From Acaryochloris marina MBIC11017 (GTDB taxonomy: Bacteria; Cyanobacteriota; Cyanobacteriia; Thermosynechococcales; Thermosynechococcaceae): a stretch of 32,000 bases of DNA. Location: the NCBI RefSeq assembly GCF_000018105.1, contig NC_009925.1:2280001-2312000 (forward strand). The letters run 5' to 3'. The notes below the pieces were generated by a model. It searched no databases. It saw nothing but the letters and a program-made list of their open reading frames with translations, and had not been told where the DNA came from. Positions 16,796 through 25,433 of this stretch are shown one piece after another. Within the stretch, counting starts at the first letter, position 1; each line of letters opens with the position of its first letter. Position numbers and translations under genes: made by a program.

Positions 16796-18460
16796 TTAAC
16801 CTTCCTGCAGGCGAGCCAGTAAGGGGGCAGCACCTAGTAGCGTTTGAGTATAGGGATGTTGAGGATTGGTAAAGATCTCTTCTGTGGGACCGATTTCGAC
16901 GATTTTGCCCTTATTCATAACGGCGATGCGATCGCAAAAGAATCTCGCCACCCACAAATCATGGGTAATAAATAGGTACGTTAGGTTGAAATCATCTTTC
17001 AAAGACTGCATTAAATCCAGTACCTGGGTTTGAATACTGGCATCCAGCATACTCACGGGTTCATCACAGATCACAAGTTTGGGCTGGGTAATCAGTGCCC
17101 GTGCGATCGCAACTCGCTGCTGCTGTCCCCCCGAAATATCGCTAGGAAACCGCTGGGCATAATCCGTGGTAGGCGTTAACCCCACACGCTCCAGCATGGC
17201 ATGCATCTGTGATTGGGCTTCTGCAGGGGTTGCCAACTCATGAATCAGCAGCGGTTCGGCCACACTCTGGCCAATCTTCATCCGGGGATTCAGACAGGCT
17301 CGTGGATCTTGGAAGATCATTTGAATTTGACGGCGACATTGCCGCAGTTCACGTCCTTCTAGAGACGTTAGCTCCAGCTTGTCAAACTGAACGCTACCCG
17401 CTGTAGGTCGGACCAACTGCAAAATGCTGCGAGATAAAGTGCTTTTGCCACAGCCCGACTCTCCCACGAGGCCCAAGGTTTCACCCGCATGGATATTTAA
17501 GGTAATGCCGTCTACGGCTTTGATGGCATCCGCAGGCTTGGAAAGGAGGCGGGCAATAAAGTTCGTTTCCAAGGAGTAATGTTGCTGGACGTCTTGGAGT
17601 TGCAGCAGCACATTGTCTGATGGCGGAGGGGCATCCTCTGGCGAGGCTTCCGTCGCACTGGTTTGTAGATGGAGGGCCGCCTGCAGCAAAGACTGGGTGT
17701 AAGCATGTTGGGGGTTGGTGAGAATGTCTTTGGCTGGCCCTAGCTCGACCATTTTGCCCTGGTACATAACGGCAACGCGATCGCAATATTCACTCACCAA
17801 CGCCAAGTCGTGGGAAATCAGCAACAGCCCCATCTGGCGCTCTTCACAAAGACGGGTCATCTCCTTGAGAATTTGGGCTGCCACCGTCACATCCAAACTG
17901 GTGGTGGGTTCATCGGCAATCAGCATTTTTGGGTCAAGGAGGAGCGCTAGAGCAATCGCCACCCGCTGGCGCATCCCTCCACTAAATTCATGGGGATACT
18001 GGGTCCACCGTTCTGCCGGGATATTGACGGCGTTTAGGGTGTCTAAGACTTTGGTTTTGGCGTCTTCCGCAGACAGTTGAGGGCGATGAACCTTGAGGGT
18101 CTCCAGACAATGCTTTTTCACCGTCAGCAACGGATTTAAGCGAGTCATGGGGTCTTGGAAAACCAGGGCAATTTCTTCCCCTCGAAATCGCTGTAGATCT
18201 TTCCCAGTCAGCTTTAAAACCGAGCGACCTGCAAAGTTAATCTCGCCTTCTAATTGAGTGCCAGGGGGCAGTAACTGCATCAACCCCCGCCCTATGGTGG
18301 ACTTACCGCAACCCGACTCTCCCACTAATCCCAGCCGTTCTCCGGCTCCCAGGGCAAAGGAGACCTGATTGACGGCCCAACTCTGAGCCTCGGTTCCCCG
18401 CTGCTGGGCATAGGCAATCTTCAGATCTTTAACATGCAGCAAGCCTGCGGAAGAACTCAT
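16796..18460 (-). CDS. ABC transporter ATP-binding protein with two fused NBDs (Dpp/Opp/Nik-type)
   Basis: Two complete nucleotide-binding domains. Walker A is GESGCGKST in both. The signatures are FSGGMRQR and ISGGQQQR. Walker B is LIADEPTTSLD and VICDEPVSMLD. Both carry the C-terminal NPQH.YTQ motif of oligopeptide-type ATPases. I place the start at the ATG at 18460 (MSSSAGLLHV). The tracked start at 18544 is a TTG. Confidence 0.9.
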   Translation of the reverse strand: MSSSAGLLHVKDLKIAYAQQRGTEAQSWAVNQVSFALGAGERLGLVGESGCGKSTIGRGLMQLLPPGTQLEGEINFAGRSVLKLTGKDLQRFRGEEIALVFQDPMTRLNPLLTVKKHCLETLKVHRPQLSAEDAKTKVLDTLNAVNIPAERWTQYPHEFSGGMRQRVAIALALLLDPKMLIADEPTTSLDVTVAAQILKEMTRLCEERQMGLLLISHDLALVSEYCDRVAVMYQGKMVELGPAKDILTNPQHAYTQSLLQAALHLQTSATEASPEDAPPPSDNVLLQLQDVQQHYSLETNFIARLLSKPADAIKAVDGITLNIHAGETLGLVGESGCGKSTLSRSILQLVRPTAGSVQFDKLELTSLEGRELRQCRRQIQMIFQDPRACLNPRMKIGQSVAEPLLIHELATPAEAQSQMHAMLERVGLTPTTDYAQRFPSDISGGQQQRVAIARALITQPKLVICDEPVSMLDASIQTQVLDLMQSLKDDFNLTYLFITHDLWVARFFCDRIAVMNKGKIVEIGPTEEIFTNPQHPYTQTLLGAAPLLARLQEG

Positions 18461-18618
18461 ATCCTGTGGGCGAATAATGTGTACGTTAAGGCTATTTACG
18501 TTGGCAGAGACTCTAAAATCACCAGTATAGCCATCAAGCCCCAACCGGGTCTGATTTTTGCACGCAGGGTCAAATACTGTCTATGATGAAAGTATATTGA
18601 AAAGTTTTGTGAAGTCCT

Positions 18619-19251
18619 TTGTTAGCAAACGCTGATACCAACAATCAAGCTCCCCTGATCTCCACCTGGCATCATTTAGATGTCTTATGGCAAGCCGATC
18701 AAACCCGAATTCAACCTGGCCTTCCTTACTATCAACTTTCTCCCACTTGGCAAATGTTGATTTTGGGAGACGGCTCTCCGACCCGCCATTTACAGCTGCT
18801 CACGGGTGAGCCGACGGAAGTAGATGTGATTGATATGTCCTTTGTCGGGTCTGAGCAAGATAATGCCCCCGATTTAATAAAGGCTGTCCCCGGTCCTCGA
18901 CTACGTCGCCAAGTCTGGCTGCGAACGACGTCTGGTCAGCGCCTCGCCTATGCCACTTCTTGGTGGGAAGCCAGCCATGTGGATGAGTATTTACAAAACC
19001 GATCTTTACCCATTTGGGCCAGCTTGTCCCAGTCGCGGACTGAATTGTTTAGGGATATCCGTCAAGTTTTCTGTGGTCAGTCTGAAGCGTTATCCAAGGC
19101 CTTTGATCATCCCGGACCCTTTTGGGGCCGTTACTATCTGTTTTGGCATGATGGTCAGCCTCTGACCTTGATTTACGAGGTCTTTTCTCCCCATCTCAAT
19201 CAGTATCTAGGACCGGTCTCTAGCAATCTCCAGCCTACTCAGATTTCATAG
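18619..19251 (+). CDS. chorismate lyase-like (DUF98 / UbiC-like) protein
   Basis: Contains WQMLILGDGSPTRHLQLLTGEPTEVDVI and RRQVWL...G..LAYA.SWW, resembling cyanobacterial chorismate pyruvate-lyase family proteins. The only start upstream of the conserved region is the TTG at 18619, so the start is uncertain. Confidence 0.6.
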   Translation: MLANADTNNQAPLISTWHHLDVLWQADQTRIQPGLPYYQLSPTWQMLILGDGSPTRHLQLLTGEPTEVDVIDMSFVGSEQDNAPDLIKAVPGPRLRRQVWLRTTSGQRLAYATSWWEASHVDEYLQNRSLPIWASLSQSRTELFRDIRQVFCGQSEALSKAFDHPGPFWGRYYLFWHDGQPLTLIYEVFSPHLNQYLGPVSSNLQPTQIS

Positions 19252-19336
19252 ATAAGTCTCGGCCGTATTAGCAAGACTCTATCCATCAAAACATCAGTTT
19301 GTTTAGCTGAGATCTGCAATTATCACCCCAAGCATG

Positions 19337-19368
19337 GAATATGCGCTTAAATGGGTGAGAATTCTTTA
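19337..19368 (+). promoter_or_regulatory. conserved murJ leader block, copy 1
   Basis: GAATATGCGCTTAAATGGGTGAGAATTCTTTA is 30/32 identical to 21200-21231. It ends 16 nt before the GTG start of murJ-1. It contains the mini-ORF ATG CGC TTA AAT GGG TGA (19341-19358). Confidence 0.5.
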
Positions 19369-19384
19369 TATCGCTTCAGCATTC

Positions 19385-21055
19385 GTGACCGATGCGCCCT
19401 CTAAACCTAGCCGTTCTCTAGCCAGAATCGCTACGATTGTTGCGATCACAACCTTGATCAGCAAGGTCACTGGAGCCGCTCGCCAGATGGCCACCGCCGC
19501 CGTCTTTGGGGTTGGTCCCGCCGTTGGCGCTTACGGCTTTGCCTATGCTATTCCCAGCTTTTTCTTAATTCTGCTCGGCGGGATTAATGGTCCATTTCAC
19601 AGTGCCATCGTCGGTGTGCTCGCCAAAAAAGAGCGCCGCGACGTCAAACCCGTCATCGAAACCATCACCACTTTGCTGGTCGGACTACTGCTGCTGGTGA
19701 CCATCGGCTTAATTGTCTTTGCTGAACCCATTTTGCGGTTCACGGCCAGTGGCTTGTTTATCTCCCCCGAAGAAGCCCTGCGTCAAGGCATCGATCCAGC
19801 CACCTATGCCGTTACCCAGCAGACTCGACTCATTGCCATTACCCAGTTCAAAATCATGGCACCCATCGCCCTATTCTCGGGTCTGATTGGCATTGGTTTT
19901 GGAGCCTTAAACGCAGCTGATATTTACTGGATGCCCTCCATCAGTCCGATTTTTTCTAGCGTGGCAGTGATGATTGGCCTGGGGCTGTTCGCACTGCATC
20001 TGGGACCAGCAGCCTCCTTATCAGCCAATGCCCTGCTAGGGGGACAAGTCCTCGCCTGGGCAACCTTGGCGGGTGCAGTGGCTCAATGGTTGATTCAATT
20101 GCCCGTCCAGTGGCAAGCAGGCTTGGGAACCTTAAAGCCTCACTGGCAATGGCAGCATCCCGATGTCCGAGCCGTTTTAAAAGTCTTGGGGCCTGCCACC
20201 TTTGCCTCTGGGATGCTGCAGATTAATGTTCAAATCGATATCTTCTTTTCTTCCCTAATTCCTAACGCCACTGCTGCTGTCTCTGCCTGGAGCTACGCTA
20301 ATTTTCTGGTAATGGCTCCTCTAGGTATTCTCTCAAACACCATTTTGGTCCCTTTCTTTCCCGTGTTTTCTCACCTGGCAACATCTGGCCAATGGGACGA
20401 CCTCAAAAGTCGTATTCGTCAGGGCATCGTGATGACAGCAGTAGCAATGCTGCCTTTGGGGGCTTTGATGATTGCTCTAGCCTTGCCCATTGTCCGCCTC
20501 GTTTATGAGCGATCCGCCTTTAATGCAGAGGCATCACAACTGACTGCCAGTATTCTCATTGCCTACGGGATGGGAATGTTCGTGTACTTGGCCAGAGACT
20601 TACTCGTTCGAGTGTTCTATGCTCTGGGCGATGGCACTACTCCGTTTCGGATCAGCTTGGTCAGCATTTTGTTTATTATTCTGTTTGACTTCCTATTTGT
20701 TAAGCCCTTTGGTGCACCGGGCCTCGTACTAGCCACAATTGGGGTGAATATATTCTTAATGGTGGTTATGTTGTGGTTCTTAAGCAAGCGCTTACGGGGA
20801 TTAAAGCTGCACTCTTGGATACAGCCGTTGATGGGGCTTACAGGTGCTAGTGCTCTTTCTGGACTGGTAGCATGGGGGCTTTGGACCGGAACAGATACGG
20901 TATGGGGTAGCCAAGGTTTTCTCCTACTACTGATCAACTTAGGTATCGCAGCTCTGGGCGGTTTTATGGTCTATGGGCTTGCAGCCAAGCAGCTCGGTAT
21001 TCCAGAAGTACAAGTCTGCTTAACTCGCATGAGAGCCAAAATTCCCTTCCTGTAA
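19385..21055 (+). CDS. murJ: lipid II flippase MurJ (MviN), paralog 1
   Basis: Polytopic membrane protein with the MurJ N-terminus SLARIATIVAITTLISKVTGAARQ...FGVGPAVGAYGFAYAIPSFFLILLGGINGPFHSA and the C-terminal motif RVFYALGDGTTP. I place the start at the GTG at 19385, by homology to the paralog start (VTDAPSK compared with MTDSAPK). The tracked ATG at 19334 reads through the shared leader. Confidence 0.88.
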   Translation: MTDAPSKPSRSLARIATIVAITTLISKVTGAARQMATAAVFGVGPAVGAYGFAYAIPSFFLILLGGINGPFHSAIVGVLAKKERRDVKPVIETITTLLVGLLLLVTIGLIVFAEPILRFTASGLFISPEEALRQGIDPATYAVTQQTRLIAITQFKIMAPIALFSGLIGIGFGALNAADIYWMPSISPIFSSVAVMIGLGLFALHLGPAASLSANALLGGQVLAWATLAGAVAQWLIQLPVQWQAGLGTLKPHWQWQHPDVRAVLKVLGPATFASGMLQINVQIDIFFSSLIPNATAAVSAWSYANFLVMAPLGILSNTILVPFFPVFSHLATSGQWDDLKSRIRQGIVMTAVAMLPLGALMIALALPIVRLVYERSAFNAEASQLTASILIAYGMGMFVYLARDLLVRVFYALGDGTTPFRISLVSILFIILFDFLFVKPFGAPGLVLATIGVNIFLMVVMLWFLSKRLRGLKLHSWIQPLMGLTGASALSGLVAWGLWTGTDTVWGSQGFLLLLINLGIAALGGFMVYGLAAKQLGIPEVQVCLTRMRAKIPFL

Positions 21056-21199
21056 AGCTGGACAATGGATCGATCCTGAGTCTTCTCCAAAGTGTTCTGA
21101 GCTAGCCCAGCATTGAGGAATTTGAAAACTAGCTGAAGGGGCAACCGAATCTACGTTCAGATTGCCACCCTTGAAATATTCTTTGTTCCTTAAAGACCA

Positions 21200-21231
21200 G
21201 AATATGCGCTTAAATAGGTGAGGATTCTTTA
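21200..21231 (+). promoter_or_regulatory. conserved murJ leader block, copy 2
   Basis: GAATATGCGCTTAAATAGGTGAGGATTCTTTA ends 15 nt before the GTG start of murJ-2. It contains the mini-ORF ATG CGC TTA AAT AGG TGA (21204-21221). Confidence 0.5.
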
Positions 21232-21246
21232 CGTTACTTAAAATTT

Positions 21247-22830
21247 GTGACCGACTCAGCTCCCAAACGCCGTCGCTCCCTAGCGAGTATTGCCACCATT
21301 GTTGCGATCGCAACCCTGATTAGCAAGGTCGCGGGCCTCGTTCGCCAGCAAGCGATTGCAGCCGAATTTGGGGTCGGTCCCGAAGTGGATGCCTATAACT
21401 TTGCCTACGTGATTCCGAGCTTTCTATTTATTCTGCTCGGGGGAGTCAACGGCCCCTTTCACAGTTCCGTCGTCAGTGTCCTAGCCAAGCATCCCAAGAA
21501 GGACGCTGCAGCCTTAATTGAAACCGTCAATACTCTAGTGGGAATTTTGCTGCTGCTGCTGACTGCAGGATTGATACTAACGGCGGATCCACTGATTACC
21601 ATGCTCGCACCAGGGGTCTCCACTGGCGTTCACACGATGGCAGTGGAGCAGCTCAGAATTATGGCCCCCCTCGCCTTCTTATCAGGGCTGATTGGCATTG
21701 GCTTCGGCACTCTTGTCGCCTCTGACCAATATTGGCTGCCATCCATTAGTCCTCTACTATCCAGCGTCACTGTCATTATCGGTGTACTGTTCCTCACGGA
21801 TCGGGTGGGAGCTTCCGTCATGGCTTGGGGAACACTAGCGGGTGGATTACTGCAATGGCTCGCCCAAATCCCAGCTCAATGGGGATCTGGTATGGGCACC
21901 TTAAGACTCCGATTCGATTTCAACCGTCCCGGTGTCAAAGAGATCGGCAAACTGATGGCACCGGCCACTCTGTCTTCTGGGATGCTGCTGATTAGTGTTG
22001 CCATTAGCTTATTTTTTGCGTCGCAACTCCCAGAAGGGTCGGCCTCTGCCCTCACCTATGCTCAGCTCCTCTTTCTAACCCCTCTGGGCATCCTCTCCAA
22101 CGTCATTCTGGTTCCCTACATGCCGATTTTTTCCCAATTGGCAGCCCCAGAAAGTTGGACTGACCTCAAAGACCGCATCCGCCAAAGCCTCGTCTTAACT
22201 GCCATGAGCATGATGCCGACAGGGGCGCTGATGTCTGTTTTAGCACTGCCTGCCGTGCAAATTGTTTATCAACGGGGAGCCTTTGACAATTCAGCCTCCC
22301 AACTCGTAGCCTCTCTCTTAGTGGTGTATGCCTTTGGTATGTTCTTTTACCTGGGCCGAGATATTTTTGTCCGAGTGTTCTACGCCCTGGGCGATGGCAA
22401 CGTTCCTCTCCTGATTAGTTTATTGGGCTTATTCTTTAACGCCATCTTTTGTTTTTTCTTTACCAAAACCTTTGGTGCACCAGGGTTAGCCATGGCGACG
22501 GTCGGGGTGCAAGTCTTTTCCATGGTCGCTCTCGTCTGGATTCTAAATAAACGGCTGCATGGATTACCATGGGTTGCGACAGGAGGTCCCATTCTGGCCT
22601 TGGCCATCAGTAGCCTGCTCTGTGGATTCACGGCCTGGGTGACCTTATATGGATGTCAGATGCTCCTGGGTACAGAGGGTATCATCAGACAACTTGTGAC
22701 CCTTGGTGTCTCCGCAGGTGCAGGGTTATTGGTCTTTGCCGGACTTGTGATTCAACTCAAGTTACCGGAGATGGATTTCTTTGTGGATCGGTTGCGCCAA
22801 AAACTGCCCTTTCTACCCCGTAAGTCTTAG
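21247..22830 (+). CDS. murJ: lipid II flippase MurJ (MviN), paralog 2
   Basis: 527 aa with a GTG start. Contains SLASIATIVAIATLISKVAGLVRQ...FGVGPEVDAYNFAYVIPSFLFILLGGVNGPFHSS and RVFYALGDGNVP. By eye it is roughly half identical to paralog 1 along its whole length. Confidence 0.9.
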   Translation: MTDSAPKRRRSLASIATIVAIATLISKVAGLVRQQAIAAEFGVGPEVDAYNFAYVIPSFLFILLGGVNGPFHSSVVSVLAKHPKKDAAALIETVNTLVGILLLLLTAGLILTADPLITMLAPGVSTGVHTMAVEQLRIMAPLAFLSGLIGIGFGTLVASDQYWLPSISPLLSSVTVIIGVLFLTDRVGASVMAWGTLAGGLLQWLAQIPAQWGSGMGTLRLRFDFNRPGVKEIGKLMAPATLSSGMLLISVAISLFFASQLPEGSASALTYAQLLFLTPLGILSNVILVPYMPIFSQLAAPESWTDLKDRIRQSLVLTAMSMMPTGALMSVLALPAVQIVYQRGAFDNSASQLVASLLVVYAFGMFFYLGRDIFVRVFYALGDGNVPLLISLLGLFFNAIFCFFFTKTFGAPGLAMATVGVQVFSMVALVWILNKRLHGLPWVATGGPILALAISSLLCGFTAWVTLYGCQMLLGTEGIIRQLVTLGVSAGAGLLVFAGLVIQLKLPEMDFFVDRLRQKLPFLPRKS

Positions 22831-22882
22831 TAGCAACCTCTTATCTCGCTAGACGCAGGATGGCAGCCCAGGCTTTAGGATA

Positions 22883-23149
22883 ATGCTGAGTACTGTTTTC
22901 CTCACAAGCCCTATGGACAATTCCTACAACCCATGGAACGACAAACCTTGGTGGTGTCAGCCCTGGTCCATTTTGGTAACGGGAATCACGCTAATTGCAG
23001 GGACCTGGTTCGTGACCAAAATAGTTTGGCTGACGCTACTCGTCGCTTTACCAGTCTTAGCCTGGATGGGGCTATTTTTGATACTTTGGCCTCAGGCGAT
23101 GAAACAAGCCCATTCTGAGCAACCCTTGACCGATGAATCAGAAGCATGA
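22883..23149 (+). CDS. small membrane protein (88 aa, two predicted TM helices)
   Basis: ATG-initiated ORF 52 nt after murJ-2. It has two hydrophobic helices (WSILVTGITLIAGTWFV and LTLLVALPVLAWMGLFLILW) and an acidic tail. No family recognised. Confidence 0.5.
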   Translation: MLSTVFLTSPMDNSYNPWNDKPWWCQPWSILVTGITLIAGTWFVTKIVWLTLLVALPVLAWMGLFLILWPQAMKQAHSEQPLTDESEA

Positions 23150-23560
23150 TCATCACGTTGGTTCACCCCTACTCGCATCTTTCTCCATTCGTGACGTTCC
23201 AGTCGGATGAGCAGCGTATCACCCTGAAAGATTCAATTTTTATTGATAAATTAGCTATCAAAAATATCTGATTCCTGACCCATTAAGATAGTTCTATTTT
23301 ACTGATATAGCCTTATCTTTAACATATGAGAATTAGCATATTTATTTCTACGAAAAAATAAATATTGTGTCTACCTTTAGTATCAAAGATAACATTTTGA
23401 AGCCACTCATTTTCCTATATTGCCCACGGAATAGAGGCATATTTGAGGCAAGATTATCGAATAATTTGCTGGCGCATTGTCTGCTTCTGAGAGGGGTGAA
23501 AGTATTACAAACTAAGCATTTACCATTAATTGATATGAATAATGCCGATGTCCCATTAGC

Positions 23561-23600
23561 AAAGATGTAATCTCAATATAAAGATGTAATCTCAATATAA
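23561..23600. repeat. perfect tandem duplication of a 19-bp unit (about 2.1 copies)
   Basis: AAGATGTAATCTCAATATA occurs at 23562-23580 and again at 23581-23599. It lies about 100 nt upstream of the response-regulator start. Confidence 0.92.
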
Positions 23601-23700
23601 GGTTTGTCCCAAACTTCCAATAGTAAAATGTAGGCATTGTCCTAAAAAGTCACTTAAAGCCATCATTCAAACTTCTGAGTGCGCCTGTTCTGAGTCTAAA

Positions 23701-25419
23701 ATGCCAAAAATTTTAATCATCGAGGACGAACCTCAAATTCGCGACATCATTCAAGAAATTTTAGAGTGTGAAGGATATCGCACCCTTGAAGCAGACAATG
23801 GTTTAACGGGGTTACAACTGGCACAGCAAAGCCCTCCAGACCTCATTGTTTGTGATGTCATGATGCCAGAGCTAGATGGATTTGATGTTTTAAAGGGACT
23901 GAGAGCCAACCCAGGCATTGGCAGCATTCCGATGATCTTTTTAACCGCCAAAACAGATCGGGCGAGTGTACGAAAAGGGATGAATTTAGGGGCAGATGAC
24001 TACATCACCAAGCCATTTACCCATCTAGAACTGTTAAGTGCCATTGATGCACGGCTCAAAAAACAAGCCTTAGTGACTCAACAGTACACACAAACGATTC
24101 AAGGGCTAGAAGCAGGTCTCAATGCCCTGACCTACTACGATCATCTCACCCAGTTACCCAATCGTCGCTTACTCGAAGAACAATTCCAGCATATTCAGGC
24201 AGAGAAGCAAATCGCAGATACGTTAGATGCTCTAGTTTTAGTCGGTATTGATCGCTTTGAGTGGATTAAAAGTACCCTAGGGGCTGCATTTAGTGATCAA
24301 CTCGTTCAAGCGATTACCCAGCAGTTGTCCGCCCACCGCTATATGGGCAACTATGCCATGGCGATGGTGGCTCGTATCGAGGCCGATCAATTTGCCATCA
24401 TTCCTCGAAACATTAAGTCCCGTCCAGATCTCGACCAGTTTGCGAAACAAATTCTAGACATCTTGGCCACGCCTTTCTACGTTGTGGATCAGGAACTCTG
24501 TATTACGCCTAGCATTGGCATGACCTGCTATCCCAAAGGTAGCACTGATATCGGCACCTTGATTAGCAACGCCGAGATAGCAATGTATCAGTCCAAACAG
24601 CAGGTTGGCCCCAGTGCCGAGTTTTATTTACCGACAATGCGATCGCAATGTTCTCAAACCCTCACCATGGCTGCACGATTACGGCATGCCCTGGATAAAA
24701 ACGAATTGCGCCTGTATTACCAACCCCATATTGACTTGCAGACGAGTCAAGTTGTGGGAGCCGAAGCTTTGTTGCGCTGGCATCATCCAGAATGGGGGGT
24801 GCTGTCCCCTAACGTCTTTATCCCCATTGCCGAAGAAACGGACTTAATTTTAGACATTGGCGAATGGGTACTGCGAACCTCCTGCCTGCAAGTCAAGCGA
24901 TGGCAGCAAACCTGTGGTCGGCCGTTGCAAATGCTCGTCAATTTATCGCCCCGGCAACTGATACAGCCCGCCTTACCCCCCATGCTCCATGAAATCCTGT
25001 CAGGGAACGCTCTGGAGCCGAATAGCTTAGTTTTAGAGCTAACAGAAAGCACCTTGATGCAAGATCCGGATCTGGCCCTCAAAGTCATGCATCAAATTAA
25101 GGCAACAGGCATACGCCTATCTATCGATGATTTTGGCACTGGTTATTCTTCCTTAAGCTATTTACAGCGTTTCCCACTAGATATCCTCAAGATTGATCGA
25201 GGCTTTATCCATGAGATTAATCGTCAACCTACGAATGCGGCGATCACGACAGCCATCATCCAAATGGGCCACAAGCTGGGATTATCTTTGATTGGTGAAG
25301 GGGTAGAGACTTTAGCTGAAAGAAAGTTTTTACTAGACCATCAATGTGATGGTATCCAAGGATATTTAATCAGTCCTCCCTTACCCGCAGCTGAGCTCTT
25401 AAAATACTTCCCTGAGTAA
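23701..25419 (+). CDS. response regulator with REC, degenerate GGDEF and EAL domains (predicted c-di-GMP phosphodiesterase)
   Basis: The REC domain has DLIVCDVMMPELDG (acceptor Asp52) and ITKPF. The GGDEF domain has LTQLPNRR but carries EADQF (aa 227-231, nt 24379-24393) in place of GG(D/E)EF. The EAL domain is intact, with EALLRW, NLSPRQL, ELTES, DDFGTGYSSL, KIDRGF, EGVET and QGYL. Confidence 0.93.
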   Translation: MPKILIIEDEPQIRDIIQEILECEGYRTLEADNGLTGLQLAQQSPPDLIVCDVMMPELDGFDVLKGLRANPGIGSIPMIFLTAKTDRASVRKGMNLGADDYITKPFTHLELLSAIDARLKKQALVTQQYTQTIQGLEAGLNALTYYDHLTQLPNRRLLEEQFQHIQAEKQIADTLDALVLVGIDRFEWIKSTLGAAFSDQLVQAITQQLSAHRYMGNYAMAMVARIEADQFAIIPRNIKSRPDLDQFAKQILDILATPFYVVDQELCITPSIGMTCYPKGSTDIGTLISNAEIAMYQSKQQVGPSAEFYLPTMRSQCSQTLTMAARLRHALDKNELRLYYQPHIDLQTSQVVGAEALLRWHHPEWGVLSPNVFIPIAEETDLILDIGEWVLRTSCLQVKRWQQTCGRPLQMLVNLSPRQLIQPALPPMLHEILSGNALEPNSLVLELTESTLMQDPDLALKVMHQIKATGIRLSIDDFGTGYSSLSYLQRFPLDILKIDRGFIHEINRQPTNAAITTAIIQMGHKLGLSLIGEGVETLAERKFLLDHQCDGIQGYLISPPLPAAELLKYFPE

Positions 25420-25433
25420 AATCAGAATCTCTG

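Noticed and set aside
23367-23570. A 67-aa ORF in the AT-rich region upstream of the response regulator. Similar ORFs are 226-411, 6898-7143, 30198-30404 and 30445-30660.
   Set aside because: They start at non-ATG or context-poor codons, lie in AT-rich intergenic DNA, have Ile/Leu/Asn/Lys-biased composition and match no recognisable family. They are more likely chance ORFs.
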